From Octopus vulgaris (Eukaryota), in assembly GCA_951406725.2 (NCBI GenBank), contig OX597819.1, positions 48,980,001 to 49,044,000 of the forward strand: DNA of 64,000 nt, read 5' to 3'. The position numbers and the translations under genes are program-made. Under the pieces are notes generated by a model that saw nothing but the letters and a program-made list of their open reading frames with translations, was not told where the DNA came from and did not search any database. The first letter of the stretch is position 1. Every line of letters begins with the position of its first letter. Shown here piece by piece: positions 26,515-40,767 of the stretch.

Positions 26515-26730
26515 CCCTTTAGTATATAAACCAGCCATATCCAGCCAAAATAACCCACCTGTTTTATTTTCAAACCAACCAGATCCTATCTCTCATATCT
26601 GCCCTACAGTGTCATTTTATAAACAATCACATCATCAAAATATTGACGTTACAAGATAGTGCATGGTTAATTCAAAACAATATGACTATATAAGAATTAC
26701 GTTTGACAGGAGAATGTGAATACTAAGTGG
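26515..26730 (-). mobile_element. piggyBac-like MITE family 1 (reverse orientation)
   Basis: TTAA|ccctttagtat...gaatactaagtgg|TTAA, the reverse complement of the family body. Confidence 0.75.
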
Positions 26731-27485
26731 TTAAATTGAACTGCTGAGAGTTAAATGTGTTGGCCATGGACAGAGTACAATACTGGAGACAAGATTTGAA
26801 CTTCAATAGTTTCCAGCTACTGAAATGACTCTTTGGATTCTTCATGGCTAAAATAGTTTCTACAAATTAAGACCATTTATATATTGTAGGAGAAATAGTA
26901 TTTCTTTTTTAACATGGAAAATACTGATTTCAGTTGTTCTTGTATTACCTAAATATACACCAAAGCTCAAATATCTTGGAAATATTTGTCTTAGTGGGAA
27001 GATTAAATTATATTTGTAAATGGGTACAGATATGGCTATATGGTTAAGGTATTTGCTTAGTAAGTACATGGTTTCAGGATTGATTGCACTGCACAGCACC
27101 TTGGGTGTTCATCTTCTACCATAGCATAAAGTTAAGCTAGACTTTGTAGAGTGAAATTTGGTAGAGGATAACTAAGGCATCCCACTCAGAGGGACCATTC
27201 CTGTTCTTGGCTAGTAGACTTAATCTGTTACTGGGTTTTTATTACAACTATTTTGACCCTGGGTGCTTTTGGCGGATTCACTCTATTGTAATTTCAGATG
27301 TGACCTAAAGATATTTCCTTTTCTCTTGTCTATGAGGGCCTGAAAAGGATCTTTAACTAAGACATTAACCCATACCCCTTTTCATAAACAACGATATTGT
27401 TCCATTATTTAGTTCTGCTAACCTGTTCATTCCCATATTTCTAATAAAATATATTGCCTATATGTTTTTGCTAGTTTTTGAAATA

Positions 27486-27889
27486 AGGCGTGGCTGTGTG
27501 GTAAAAAGCTTGCTTTCTAACCATATGGTTCTGGGTTCAGTCCCACTGCAAGGCACCATGGGCAAGTGTCTCCTACTATAACCTTGGGCTGACCAAAGCC
27601 TTGTGAGTGGATTTGGTAGATGGAAACTGAAAGAAGCTTGTTGTATATATCTATTTGTGTGTGTGTCTTTGTGTTTGTTCTCCCATCAATGCTTGACAAT
27701 GTCGGTCTGTTCACACAGGGATGTGAACAGATCAATGTTGGTCTGTTCACATCTTGTAACTTAGTGGTATGGCAAAAGAGGTCAACAGAATAAGTACTAG
27801 GCATAAAAAATAAGATCTGGAGTTGATTTTTTATGACTAAAAAAAACCCTTTAAAGTAGTGCTTAGATGACTGAAAAAGTTAAAAGAGC
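27486..27889 (+). mobile_element. SINE group A
   Basis: ggcgtggctgtgtggtaa...gggttcagtcccactgc...gaataagtactagg. Confidence 0.9.
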
Positions 27890-29467
27890 AACCAGAATAT
27901 GGAAGAATTTAACAAAATAATCTACTATTTCATTAATAAGCTGATATTTAGAATAATGATGGAATGTTTTAATATAAATATGAACACACTGGAATGAGAA
28001 GTTTTTTTTTTTAATCATAGAACCAGGAACAATCTATAGTGGGTTAAATGCAGTTAATTCATGTTTATAAATTCAAAATTTGTAATCAACAATTTAAACT
28101 TGATGCCAAGTTCATCCTTAAATGAAAGAAGATTTGAAAAAGAATGTTTCAACAAGTGACCCAGCTGAGAATCTTTCAGAGAAAACACACACGTTAATTA
28201 TAATAAAAACAATTTTACATTAATCTGATGAGTAACTATACTTTTATAGAGTACAAATTCATTATTCTTATACAAGAAGAATGTTGTTGACAGGTAATCC
28301 AATGATGGCTTAGCTAGTCGAAACTTTAAACTCACTGTCGACAACATTCTTGTATAAGAATAAGATAGTAGGGGGAGAATATCTAAGATATTAGATAATT
28401 CCAAAATTTAATCCAATTGTTATTCTACATAAGAATTCTACAAACCAAATATAATTTTACCTTGACCTGAAACTATCTGAAAATACTATTATATATTGTA
28501 GGCTACGTATTGATTTAAAATCTAATTTCGTCACTGAAGCAAGTGTATGTGCATGTATCCAGCTCCAGTCAAATAACAAAAAGCATTTTATGTAAGTTGG
28601 TATGTAAACTATTCAACTGGTATCTTCCAGCTTGTTACTGTAAATCCTGGAGACCCGGCTATGATCATGTCAACACATTGTATTGCCTATTATTGAAGTA
28701 GTAAATATAAAGCTCTTTATGAAATGAAATCATTTCTACTACAAATTTTTTTTTTTTTAATTTTGTTTTATGTTTAAAAACTAAAAGAAGTTCAAGTGAA
28801 GACTAGAGGCAATAAATGAAACTATTTCATCTAGGTGTTAGTATGCAAGTCACTTGAAATAACTAGATTTATTGATCACCTGCCACTAGGTAAGCATGTT
28901 GTTGCATTCAATAACTGAATTTTTATTCTATTGATCATCTGTAGGTGGTGGTGGTGGTGGTGGAGAAAGAGAGAGGGAGGGAGAGAGAGAGAGAAGGATA
29001 GCATGTAAAAACAGAGAGAATGTAAAGCAGCCAAATTCCTAATGGTTCCTCAATCACTTACTCCCTCTTCACTTTGGTATTAGCTTATTTGAATTTGGAT
29101 CGATGCGAGTGTGTAACTCATTTCTGTGGATTTCTTTTGATGCAGGAGTGGGGTGGTGGCAGTTTTATGTTTTTGTAATAATATTTCATAATAGAAGCAA
29201 TGTTTCATCATGTTTGGAACAGCAGGAAGCTATTACAACATTGTATTATTCTACTGACATGTAAACATTTTAGAGAAATGTTGCACTTAAGAGTGCTGCC
29301 CTTTAATATTTAAGCTTATTTTTAAAAAAATATATAATCAAAAAATTCCTTTCATTTTTTTTTTGGAACCCTCAAAAGGTTACTCCTCATACTAAGCAAA
29401 AAACAAAACAAAAAAAATGGAGGATGGAGTGGGTACTTTTACTGATACATAGTTTATGGTAACTTAC

Positions 29468-29620
29468 TTCAAAATGCACTTCTTTCCAGCCGTTTTGTCG
29501 TAATAAATCTATTTCGGCAAACATGTCATAAACATCATCAATTTGTATTTGTACCATTTCCCAGAATCCTTGTAGATCTTCTAGCTTAGTTGGGTGATCT
29601 TCTTCTGAAGAAACTGGAGT
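29468..29620 (-). CDS. DLGAP1: DLGAP-family exon, GH1 domain part 3 (TPVSSEEDHPTKLEDLQGFWEMVQIQIDDVYDMFAEIDLLRQNGWKEVHFE)
   Basis: ttcaatgcag acceptor, gtaagt donor, 153 nt (phase 0 to 0). Carries the DLxGFWxM...W signature of the GKAP domain. Confidence 0.95.
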
Positions 29621-30291
29621 CTGCATTGAAAGAGTACAGAAATTAGATTTTAAAATGCTGTTAACAATCCTGTTTTATTTTGAGAATAAATCCCTTAATT
29701 TTCTTTATAAACTACTCCTTTTTCAGTTCTGATTTATTTTTAACTAGATTCTCCTGAAATTCTAATTCCTTAACATCATGTTAAAATAACAAATGGTTCA
29801 TTATTCTCACATTCCATAAACATGAATCTTTTATCTATAGCTAACAACAAATTATATCAAAAATTCAGACATCCTGTTTTCCTATCAAATTTACTTTCAG
29901 TAATATTATACATCACACTGCAGCCTTGATTTTTAATCTTAACTCTACTTATTGCATATAGCAGGTGCACTCCAGAAAACTATCGTATGAAGCAGATGCA
30001 TCCCAGAAAATTACACCAATAATCAAACTACATTTAAATGATCACAGACACCAGTATTCTACATCAGCCTGAGGTGACTAATGGTTTTTAATCATGTTGC
30101 CATAATTTTTATAGAATTCAGGCAAATTTCACAACCAAAAATTAAATGCAAAATTTGTTATACTGTAAAATAAAATATCAGTAATGTATGATTTGTTTTG
30201 ATTTAATATTCCTCTTTAGTTAATTCTAAATGTAAATTGTGACTGCAAAAAATAATCAATTTCCAGATTCTCTTTAATGACACAAGATTAA

Positions 30292-30509
30292 CCCTTTAGC
30301 ATTCAGATCACTCAAGCAAATGTAAGTTATTTAATCACATCATTTTGAATTTATCATACATTATCTTGTAGCTTTGAGATTTCAATGACGTGATTGTTTA
30401 TTTTTAAAATGACATTGTAGGGTAGGTGTGAAAGGCCTGGTCTTGTCAGTTTGAACATAGAACAGGTAGAACATTTGGGTCACATATGGCTGACTTGAAT
30501 ACTAAAGGG
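30292..30509 (+). mobile_element. piggyBac-like MITE family 1
   Basis: TTAA|ccctttagcattc ... gaatactaaaggg|TTAA. Confidence 0.85.
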
Positions 30510-31222
30510 TTAATGTTTTTTAAATTTTTTTCAGAGAGAACTATTTGGTAGAAATTCTCTTTTTGCTCTTAATGCCTCTTTTTACTGGTAATTTAATTTC
30601 AGAGACACACATTTAATACTTATTTTATTAGTATTTATCCCAATTAGTAAATTTATACTGGTTAGATTTAAACCATAAAAAATAAGGGCACCTCTATATC
30701 ATTGCTCAACCTGTTATATCTAACAGCAAAATGAACCTCAAGTTCCATCCTACTGTCTTCAAAAGTCAATGATGTACTGTGTCTGGGGTAAAAACTGAAT
30801 GATCATGGTTGTAGTTAACTTTCATCACAGACCTACTTAATAACAACATAACATCTGCTCTGTATTTCAAGAAAATCTGTAACATCATCTAACTTAACAA
30901 TCTCCACACTTTTATCGAATTGTTACAATTAAATCTGAGGTAAATTAATAAAGATAAATGATAGGACTTGTCACTTTCTTGGATCATGGAGCCTATGTCT
31001 ATTTGCATGTATTTTGTTGTGTCTGAGCAAGATAATTTTATTTCAATTTCCCTAGCTGGAGAATAAGTACTGGGATTTTCTTGTAAAGCTACTTGGGATT
31101 AAACTAGCAATATATCAAAGGGATTTATTTCATGGCCCTATAAATCCCTTTGGCTTGTGAGAGGATTAACAATTTGACCAGTATTTAAGGTATGAATGAG
31201 AATTAAAGGACCAATTACTCAC

Positions 31223-31314
31223 CATATAATTCTGACATAATTCTCGAAACTGCTTAAATTTTTTGTTTTGAAGTAGGTTTGCTTTTCCAATTGCAGCTCG
31301 TATCTTCCCACTGA
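31223..31314 (-). CDS. DLGAP1: DLGAP-family exon, GH1 domain part 2 (VSGKIRAAIGKANLLQNKKFKQFRELCQNYM)
   Basis: ttctctacag acceptor, gtgagt donor, 92 nt (phase 1 to 0). Resembles GKIRTAVGSAQLL...QFRELC of DLGAP1-4, closer than to DLGAP5/HURP. Confidence 0.95.
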
Positions 31315-32422
31315 CTGTAGAGAAAAAGAAAAAGTTTGTTTGATGAAAAAAAAAAATCTTTAATTCTCATCTTCATTAAAATTGGCTGATTAAAAATGGT
31401 CTTTTCTTATTGCAGCTGATTAAATGCATGATGGAATTCAAACATGTAATTTGCATTACAGAGATCAAATCATACAGATGACCTTGTTTTTTATACAATT
31501 AAACAATACCTTTATTAAAAAGGCCACAGCAAACTGAGTCTGTGAACCACTAATGAAATTTTAAAGATATGAATATAACAGTTTGTTTGAGTAGTGCTTC
31601 ACATTAATTAAAAAAAAATTATTATTAAAAGCTTTTTGTTAATAAAGAAAACCTTATTAATAATCATATGCATGGTGAACAGTGAAAATCAAAATGATGA
31701 CTTGTATATTTATTTTTAACAAGTTCCAGCAAATTCAAACATAAATGTGTTAATCTGTTGTGTTTTGTTACAGGAGAACAACTTCTTTGTGATGAATGTA
31801 TGGTCATAACACACTTGATTCATCAGTACAAGGAAATCTGGGACAGCTGGTGTTTCCTGTGATGAAACACAATAGCAAATACCACCCATGTTTGAATCTG
31901 CTTAAGAATAAATATGTAAGTCATCAGTTTGATTCTTGCTGTTTACTGGGCATCTGACAATTTGTTATTGGTTGGCAAATATCAGCACATTAAAAAGTAT
32001 TTAATATAATTTTCATTCAAAAGGTAATGGTTTCTTTTATTTACTGGAGACATGTTGTTATTTGATATTTTGCATGTAAATAATTTTGAAAGGGCAAAGT
32101 CATCAGTGACACTAAAATGTGGCACTGATTCACAACAATGAGATAATGTCCAAAATAAGCACAGTTCTTTCTAAATGAAAATAGTGGTATGGCAATATAT
32201 TGCTAGGGTTGGTCAGACAAGTGAACATAAGAGGAAGGAGATTGAAAATGAAAGATTGGGGAACTTGGGGGAAAAGGTTAGAAATAAGGAATTGAAATGA
32301 AGATAAAAGAGGGAAAAAAAAAAGAACTGAATAAAAGTATAAACATCAACATTTATGGTGATAATAAGAAAGAGAATCAGAAACACAATGGAATGGAAAA
32401 AAAGAAAAGAAAAGTTATTTAC

Positions 32423-32528
32423 CATCATCAGGTAGATGGTGTTTATCTAAATCATTTGCAGTCTCAGCACATAGTTTTGATAACTTTTCCTCTTCTTTCA
32501 GTGTTAGTTTCAGGAAATAGTCTCCATC
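32423..32528 (-). CDS. DLGAP1: DLGAP-family exon, GKAP/GH1 domain part 1 (DGDYFLKLTLKEEEKLSKLCAETANDLDKHHLPDD)
   Basis: ttttctctggcag acceptor, gtaaat donor, 106 nt (phase 0 to 1). Resembles DLGAP1-4 DGHWFLKLL...NLPED. Missed by the ORF track. Confidence 0.92.
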
Positions 32529-35500
32529 CTGCCAGAGAAAACAGAGAAAAATTATTTGTATGTGAGGTATGTAGAAAATTTAAGATAAAACATTTAGGAG
32601 TAAATGACTCTATATGGGTGTAAATATATATGTGTGTGTATATATGTATTCATTTATTTGTCTATGTTCCCTTGAGAATTTTTTTTTCTTTTTTTTTATA
32701 GCATCAAGAATTTCCAGCCGAAATAAAAGTAAACTGCTAAAACAGCCACAGTCTACCTCGACACCTACTTGCCATTCCTCCACCTCAAAACAATAAAGTT
32801 CATTTCTGTCTCCTTTAGAGAGGCCCATAAAGCAGATTTAGTTGCAATGTAATAAAATGTATAGCTTGTAAAACAGTAATTAAGAAATCAAAAGGGACAG
32901 TAAAAACACATCAAGGAGGTCAGTCACTCCTGTATTACATAATGTCTTGGTGGTTGTGGGGAGATCTGCTGCCCCAGACATAATAATTTACAGAGTTAGA
33001 TAGAAATAGGATGTTCTTAATCTGTTGCTGCCTAAATTTGGAAACCTATTTTACTTTATGAGACAGAATACTCGTAGCTTATTAATAGTGTATCTTTAGT
33101 TTTCTTCCAGTTACAAGAGAGTTACGTAACTACACCAGAATATTTTTAACTGTTTGCAGATTTTCATTCAGCTCATTTTTTTTCTGAATTACACTGAATT
33201 AAGATAAATTAAGATGTACCATTTTAGATTTGTATGCAAATCCTGTTGTTTAAAGATAAATTTAGTAACTATCTACGTAAGTCTTTTTGCCATAATACCA
33301 GTGCAGCATGTGTTGTAAATAAATATATACAGAATCAGTTATATATATCAGAAATGCAGTGATCCAGTGACTGGTCTATTGGAAAGCTATAACAAACAAT
33401 ACAATTTTTAAAAAAAATGTAAAAACCATATCTGTATCAAGAAAGACACTAATTTAAAATATGTTATGTGTTATTTTGCTTTAACCCTTAACATTTTCAG
33501 TTCAAAGCCCAGTTGGAATATAGTTTACTTCTCATCCCCTCGTGGGTCAATAAAATAAGCATCAGTCATATGTTGAGGTAAATAATTTCAACAAGATCCC
33601 TTCCTCTATGGTTTGTGATTGTAAAGCTTAGATTCTATGCAGGAACCTAGTTAAAATTTGATATCTCATGGCTTTGAATAGTGCATATAGCATATAGCCA
33701 TGTTTTCCCATTCATGTTGGTTATTTTCAATAAAAAAAACAATTACAAACAAACTAGGTTCACTTAAATATCTCCTCTTTGGATAATAAAAAGGGTTGAG
33801 TGAAAATATAAAAACAAAATTCCACTTTATTATGAAAATAAATATTGAAATGAGAAAAAAATTCTTGAAGTGGGACTTGGAATTTAAGGAGGGTTGGATG
33901 ATGAAATATAAAAAAAAAAAACCCACTATGAAAACTACAAACCTGTAAATTATAATGATAAAAGGAAAAGAATGTTATACATAACTTGCTATGTTCACAG
34001 AGAAGCACTTCCCTCTGATTATATATGCTTTGAGCAAAAAAGACTGGCTAAACATTAACAAGAGAACATTGTATTATTTTGTTATTTTGTAAATTTCATC
34101 TTTTCAGCAACTTGTAACTGAATAAAAAGGAGGAAAAAACCTCATTTACATAAGCTTTAAGAATGTGTGTGAGTATCCACAGTTATGTAGCTATTTTGTC
34201 CATGTCTATATGTATTAGATAAGTGTGTGCATGTAAAATTATATGATTACCTAAATAGGTATAATGTAAACTTTATACTGTTCGCTATGCACACAATGAT
34301 GTGTGTATGTGTCTGTGTCACTTGATTGTCTAATGTAAAATTTCATTCATTATACCAACAGTTATTTGTTTGGCTCACTCCATAATCATTTTTTACTGAA
34401 GAACATGACTTCTGATTTATTAGATTAGTAACTTGGTTACTTTAATGCCATTCCATAAAGATCATTAGAAATTCAAGCACAACTGTTTGTTTATCTCTTC
34501 TTATATAATTTTATATTACACTGGTTGAAGAACAGCACCAATTTTAATAGATTTCCACTGAGCAAATAACTAATTCCTTGTATTTCTGATGGTGAGAATG
34601 ACAAGTGGGTGGTGTTTGTAACTTGATGTAGAACAGAATATCTCAAGGGACTTCATTTGTAATGTACCACTTGTTTGGTTTTCTTGCCAATGTTTAGATC
34701 CTTCACTGATATACATCAGCCAAAAATATACACACATATATAAGCACCCACATGCATGATGGGTTTCTGTCAATTAAATTACACTTGCAAGTATCACTCA
34801 ATATGAGTCTATGGTAGAAGACATTTGCCCAAGGTGCCACTCAGAATCATGAAGTTGTGAAACAAACTTCTTAACCAATGAGTCCCGCATGGACCAAAGA
34901 GGAAGCAAGACTTTGTAACTAGTTTGTTTTTCAATAAACCAATTGTACACTGGTTCCAATAAGGACTCGCAGTGCACCCTGTCCAGTCTCTGTGACTCAA
35001 GAGGAGATAATCACTCTGAAATGGCTTTCATCTCACAGTCTGGGTAGATGGTGCAGTGAGCTGATTTTAGGTGTATTTACAGCATTTGTCTACAGTGAGA
35101 AATTTTCTCCATGACAAAACACAAGCACATTTGGACTGATAATAACATTGTAATAATAATGGTTAACATCAACAATTCTCATATCTTCTACTGAATTTCT
35201 ATATTGTTCATTTCACACAAAACTTAAGAAATTTGAAGGAAATAGAATAACTATTGATATTGTTAATTATACTGTGAATTTATTTGGTTCTCAATATGAT
35301 TGTATGTTGTTTTTATTTGGCCCCAGGTTCAGCTCTGATCAAGCAAACCTATTATCAAAGATATTCTACCCTTGACCACTCTGACTGGAGAATACCAATA
35401 CAGCAAAGGTTGAACATGTATGAGTAATGAGGCAAGTTTTTAAAGGAAAGATATTTTGAAAGATAAGGAATTTGTTTTTTTTTTTTTTAAAAAGAATAAA

Positions 35501-36239
35501 ACTCTTGAAGGCATAAGAAGAAACAAAAGCTTATAACCATTGATTGATCTATGTAATCATGTTAGAGATGATATTACATTATTGGAGAAGTCCTAAAACC
35601 TGCTGTCAGAAAAACATTTTTATTTTTTTGAATGAGAATAAAAATAACAAACAAAACACCTTTGGAAGAAAAGAAATTTGATCTCAGTACCCTTAATTTC
35701 CACAGCCCTACAGCTCAGCCTTCTGGCAGTAAGCACAGCTGTCAGTATTAACATGGTAGTAGAACCACAAAGAAGCAATATTATGTGAAGGAAGTAGTCA
35801 CATGAGCCAGGTGCAAAAACAAAACAAAACACGTGTAACCAGTGTGAAAAGGGCTAAGAACAAGTAACTCCCATATCCTCCAACATACTCAATAAGTAGA
35901 GATTAAATAGTTTGACACACACACACATTCTCCCTCTCAGCTAGTTTGTTTAAACAATACTAAGGTGACCTCGCAACAGGTACTTATTGTCAAATTCTAA
36001 ATTGACTACTTTGTCACCCGACCCTCTCTTCCTTTTGCTCAGAAAGGAGACATGAGTTTATGTCTCACAGGGTTCTCGGATCATGTATGTGCATGTGTGT
36101 GTGTGTGTGTGTGTGTATGATGGGGGTACAGTCACATGATTAAGAGGTTTGCTGGCAACCATGAGGTTCTGGGTTTGATACCATTGTGTAGTATCTTGAG
36201 TGAGTGTCTTCTGTTGTAGTTTTGGGTTGCCTAATGCTC

Positions 36240-36570
36240 TCATCATCATCGTTTAACGTCCGTTTTCCATGCTAGCATGGGTTGGATGGTTCGACCAGGG
36301 TCTGGGAAGCCAGGAGGCTGCACCAGGCACCAGTCAGATCTGGCGGTATTTCTACAGCTGGATGCCCTTCCTAACACCAACCACTCTGTGAGTGTAGTGG
36401 GTGCTTTTTATGTGCTACCGACACAGGGGCCAGGGGAGACTGGCAACGTCCACAATTTGTTGGTGCTTTTTATGTGCCACCGGCATGGACGCCAGTCAAG
36501 GTGGTGCTGGCATCGGCTACGTTCGGATGGTGTTTTTTACATGCCACCGGCATGGGTATCACAACTACTG
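36240..36570 (-). mobile_element. RTE LINE 3' fragment, interrupting a SINE-A head (36128-36240)
   Basis: catcatcatcgtttaacgtccgttttccatgctagcatggg... with about three gtgccaccggca units. Confidence 0.85.
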
Positions 36571-36825
36571 TGAATGGAATTTGGTAAACAGAAGCTAAGT
36601 AGAAATCCTTTGTGTGTGTACACTTACACATCAGTCTGTATTTACACCACTTTTTAATTAGGTTGTGCCTATTTATGTCTAATAACTTGGTGATTCAATA
36701 AATAAAGATCAATAAAATATCAGACAGGAACAATTAAGCCAATGACATTATTGTCTCTGCATGGCTATAATCAATCAATCAATTAATCAGTCAATCAATT
36801 TATCTATCAATATAATGTATGCTTT

Positions 36826-37040
36826 AAGGTGGTGTGCTGGCAGAATCATTAGCACGCTGGGCAAAATGCACATCAGCATTTCATCCATCTTTACATTCTG
36901 GGTTCAAATATTGCTGGGGTCGACTTTGCCTTTCATCCTTTCGGCGCCAATGAAATAAATATCAGTTGAGAACTGGAGCCAATTTAATCAACTTAGCCCC
37001 TCCCCAGAAATTGCTAGTCTTGTGCCAAAATTTGAAAGCA
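36826..37040 (+). mobile_element. SINE group B2
   Basis: aggtggtgtgctggcagaatc...gtcgactttgcctttcatcc...tgtgccaaaatttgaa. Confidence 0.88.
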
Positions 37041-37645
37041 GTATAATGTATGTATATATACACACTTTATATTTGCTGTTCAATCATTGATCAACCAACA
37101 ATAACAATCATTTTAGATTATTAATTTGATTCTACAATTAAAAAAAAAATTTGAAAAAAAAAAATCAGAAATGAAATATTTTTTCTGGTTTCCACACATG
37201 AAAAAAAAAGTTTTGAAATAGAAATACATTCTGTAAGATTAAATCTAATTATTTTTATAAATAACTTTTAAAATTCTGAAAGCAATGCTGATCACTCTTG
37301 GTAGCAAATATGCTTCAGCATTAACCCATCCACCTAACATTGACTAACATTAATTCTCTTAGGCAGGTTTCTCAACATCCCTCTCAAAACCTAAACATGT
37401 AACCCACCAAATATTCTGATGGTTTATTTGCAGCTGTGTTACATTACAGGCAAAGTTAACAGTGTACAACATTTGGAGGAAATCATTCACCAGTGTCTCA
37501 ATTGAGAGGCATTTATCTACAACTCTAAAGCAGGTCTTTGTGCATTGCTCGACTCACAAATTTTCTCCTCTCTCTTATTGCATCTAGTGAAGGGGGTTTC
37601 CATAAATCTTTCAGAATACTCTTATTACATGTCAACCAACAACAA

Positions 37646-37862
37646 TCATCATCATCATTGTTTAACATACGCTTTCCATGCTAGCATGGGTTGGACGGTT
37701 CAACTGGGGTCTGGGGAGCCCGAAGGCTGCACCAGGCCAGACGAGGCTGGCGGACGGCCACGCTCGGATGGTGTTTTTTATGTGCCACCGACACAGGTGC
37801 CAGACGAGGTTGGCGAACGGCCACACTTGGATGGTGTTTTTTATGTGCCACCGACACAGACG
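37646..37862 (-). mobile_element. RTE LINE 3' fragment with two 63-bp tandem units
   Basis: Same tail as other copies. Unit ccagacgagg...acacaggtg starts at 37737 and again at 37800. Confidence 0.8.
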
Positions 37863-37895
37863 ACAATGGTCTGTAAAAATTATAATAATCTTTCA

Positions 37896-38215
37896 TCTTT
37901 CCCTTGTTTCAGCCGCTGGACTGCAGCCATGCTGGGGCACTGTCTTGAAAGGTTTTAGTCAAACAATTGACCCAAGGACTTATTTTTAAGTCTGGTACTT
38001 CTATCACTTGCTTTTGCCAAACCACTGACCTAGAAGGATGTCAACCAACACACATGATGGGCTTCCACACAGTTTCTGTCTACTGAATTCACTCACACAG
38101 CACTGGTTATTCCAGAGCTATAGTAGAAGACTCTTGTCCAGGATAACATGCAGTGGGAATGAACCTGAAGTCACATGTTGCAAAGAGAGCTTCTTAACCA
38201 CACAACCATGTCTTC
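37896..38215 (-). mobile_element. SINE group A (diverged)
   Basis: cttgtttcagccgctggactgcagccatgctggggcac...cttaaccacacaaccatg. Confidence 0.75.
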
Positions 38216-39429
38216 ATCTTAGCCACCTATTTTGCTTTCCACTATTGACAATATACATAAAAAAAAAAAAATTACTTTCAAGCTTGACATCTTCACATCT
38301 CCTGTCTCGCCTGCTCCATGCATTCAATTACAAAATGCAAAAAACAGCTACATTGACTCAAATCCAACAAGGTGACTAGTGACTGATGGCCTTTCTATTA
38401 TTGTCAAGCTAGTACACTTCTCAGCTATTTCTTATCTCACCAATCTTATCAATCATTCTCTTCAGGGATTTATCCTAATCTTTGGATAATACATAATAAA
38501 ACAAAATCATGATCCACATTAAAGCACTGCTTACATTTCTCAAAATAGTACTGTTGCTATATATATATATATATGCATATATAAATATCCCCCATACAAA
38601 AGATGGCAATCCATCTTATCAACAAAACTAGCATACTGTAATCCACTGGCTTCCAGGTACACTGCTTCTACTACACTTACCCACCCTGATGTAATTGCCA
38701 CTCCTCCTCTCATCATTACTGTGTCTTATCTATCAGACTCCACACTAAATATTTTGCTCGAAATTCCTTCCTTGCCTTCATTTTTCTTGCAGGTGTTGAC
38801 AAGCAGAAATTCAAGCAGAACATCAACAAAATTGGACTTACAGAGAGCTTAAAGAACTACCCTGCTACTCAAACTAGTTAATAAAATTAAATAGTCGCTG
38901 GAATTAAATAGTCACTGGACTTACTAAAAGGCACCATGATTATACACACAAATGCACAAGCATATAAAGTTAAGTTAAAATTAGTCTGTCAGTATGTGGC
39001 AGGTTGATTCATAATGTTATTTTTACAGCATTCTGCTAGGACTTGTACAGTGGATAAATTTCAGCTGTGAATGGAAGCGAAACTTGATTCCATAGTTTTA
39101 AGTCAAAAATAGAAGTCTGAAGCGATTAGAAATATCCCAAGAAGTTTACAATTACATTACAGTCAAAGTGGAATAAATATTTAGTAACAAAATATTTCTG
39201 ATATGGTTCATCTAGCTTTTTATTATTGTTTTTTTTTTCTTGCAAATGAATGTATTTTTATTTTGTCTTAAATTTCATTTTGAATTTAAATGACAGATTA
39301 TGGAAGTTGATGAAAAAATTTTTATAAAGTAGGTATCATTCAAGTCTGGAAAATGAAACTGGGACTTAAAAAAAATACTGAACTTTTTTGATGATGACGT
39401 TAATTGCAGAGAGGGGGAAAAACAAAACA

Positions 39430-39560
39430 TATGCACACACAAACACACCCACAAACATACATACACAAACACACACAAAAATACTCACAAACACAAACAC
39501 AAAGATACTCACAAACAAACACACACACAAACAAAAACACAATCACACATACACACACAG
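39430..39560. repeat. Degenerate CA-rich simple repeat
   Basis: Imperfect (CA)n/(CAAA)n array. Confidence 0.85.
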
Positions 39561-40536
39561 GTGAATTTTTCAGCAGGATAATGAAAGGGACGCGTCGATA
39601 GATAATCAAATGTGACTTGAATTAAATGGAAGAAATGATAGTTTAATGTATATTGAAAATGAAAGGTAAAAACACTTTCAGAATTAATGAAGGTGATGTG
39701 GACATTAGAAGGAAAAAATGTCTAAGAGAGAAATAGGTGAAGAAATAAACACTATAGGCTTGGAAATAATGTAAATTAGTGTAAATTGCAATACAATGGT
39801 ATTTATTGATAGAAAGGATGGCCTGGGCACTTGTAGAGTTTGAAAGAGACAGACAGAATTTCATAAAAATAGGTTGTGAAATAAAACTATATAAATCTTT
39901 GTTTATTTCTATTTTTGTTAAGCAAACAAATTGATGATGATGATGATGAGATATTTTTTAAAGCTACTTTAACTTGAATAAAGTGTGTTCTAGATATGGG
40001 TCGAATAAACAGAATCAGTATTTAATAGCACATTCATCATTTGGGTTTGTAAAAGGAAGACATTAGATTAGTTGTTTTCTGTTCAGACGTCAAATATAAC
40101 ATTGTGTACGAGTTGAGTATATACATATAAACACACACACACACACATCATTTAAAGCAGCAGCTCTAATTAAAGTCACCGTATATATTCTTCTCTAGAA
40201 TTGTCTTGTGCAGTTTTTCTAAAGATAAACCAATTACATCTAACATTATTCCAAAGACTTATCAGTCTCGCTCAGTCTACTTCTTCAAACTCGTCTTGTA
40301 ACTATGCATTTTAATTTAGAAAGCTGAAATCATAAGAAATATAGTGACCCCATATTTAAGAAATAAAAAGGTGGGCTTAATTACTTCCAGTGTTTTTAAC
40401 ATGGGAAATTGCCAAAGTGTGATCACATCATCATCTTTTAATGCTTTTCTTATATCAGCTTGGGTCAGACAGGATCTGATGGGTGGGAGGACAGTGTTGT
40501 ACTCCAATGTCTGCTTTGATTTAGTTTCCTAATACC

Positions 40537-40767
40537 TATTTCTTTACTACCCACAAGGGGCTAAACACAGAGGGGACAAACAAGGACAGACAAACGGATT
40601 AAGTCGATTACATCGACCCCAGTGCATAACTGGTACTTAATTTATCGACCCTGAAAGGATGAAAGGCAAAGTCGACCTCAGCGGAATTTGAACTCAGTAC
40701 GTAACAGCAGACGAAATACGGCTACGCATTTCGCCCGGAGTGCTAACGTTTCTGCCAGCTCGCTGCC
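40537..40767 (-). mobile_element. tRNA-derived SINE group B1, full length with TSD
   Basis: Head ggcagcgagctggcagaaacgttagc..gagttcaaattcc. tttagtttcctaatacc is duplicated at 40520-40536 and 40768-40784. CpGs retained, so probably young. Confidence 0.92.

Noticed and set aside
29062-29250. Possible extra DLGAP exon ending at a gga|gtaagt donor
   Set aside because: All three frames contain stops and the acceptor is unconvincing. A poison exon cannot be excluded but is unsupported.
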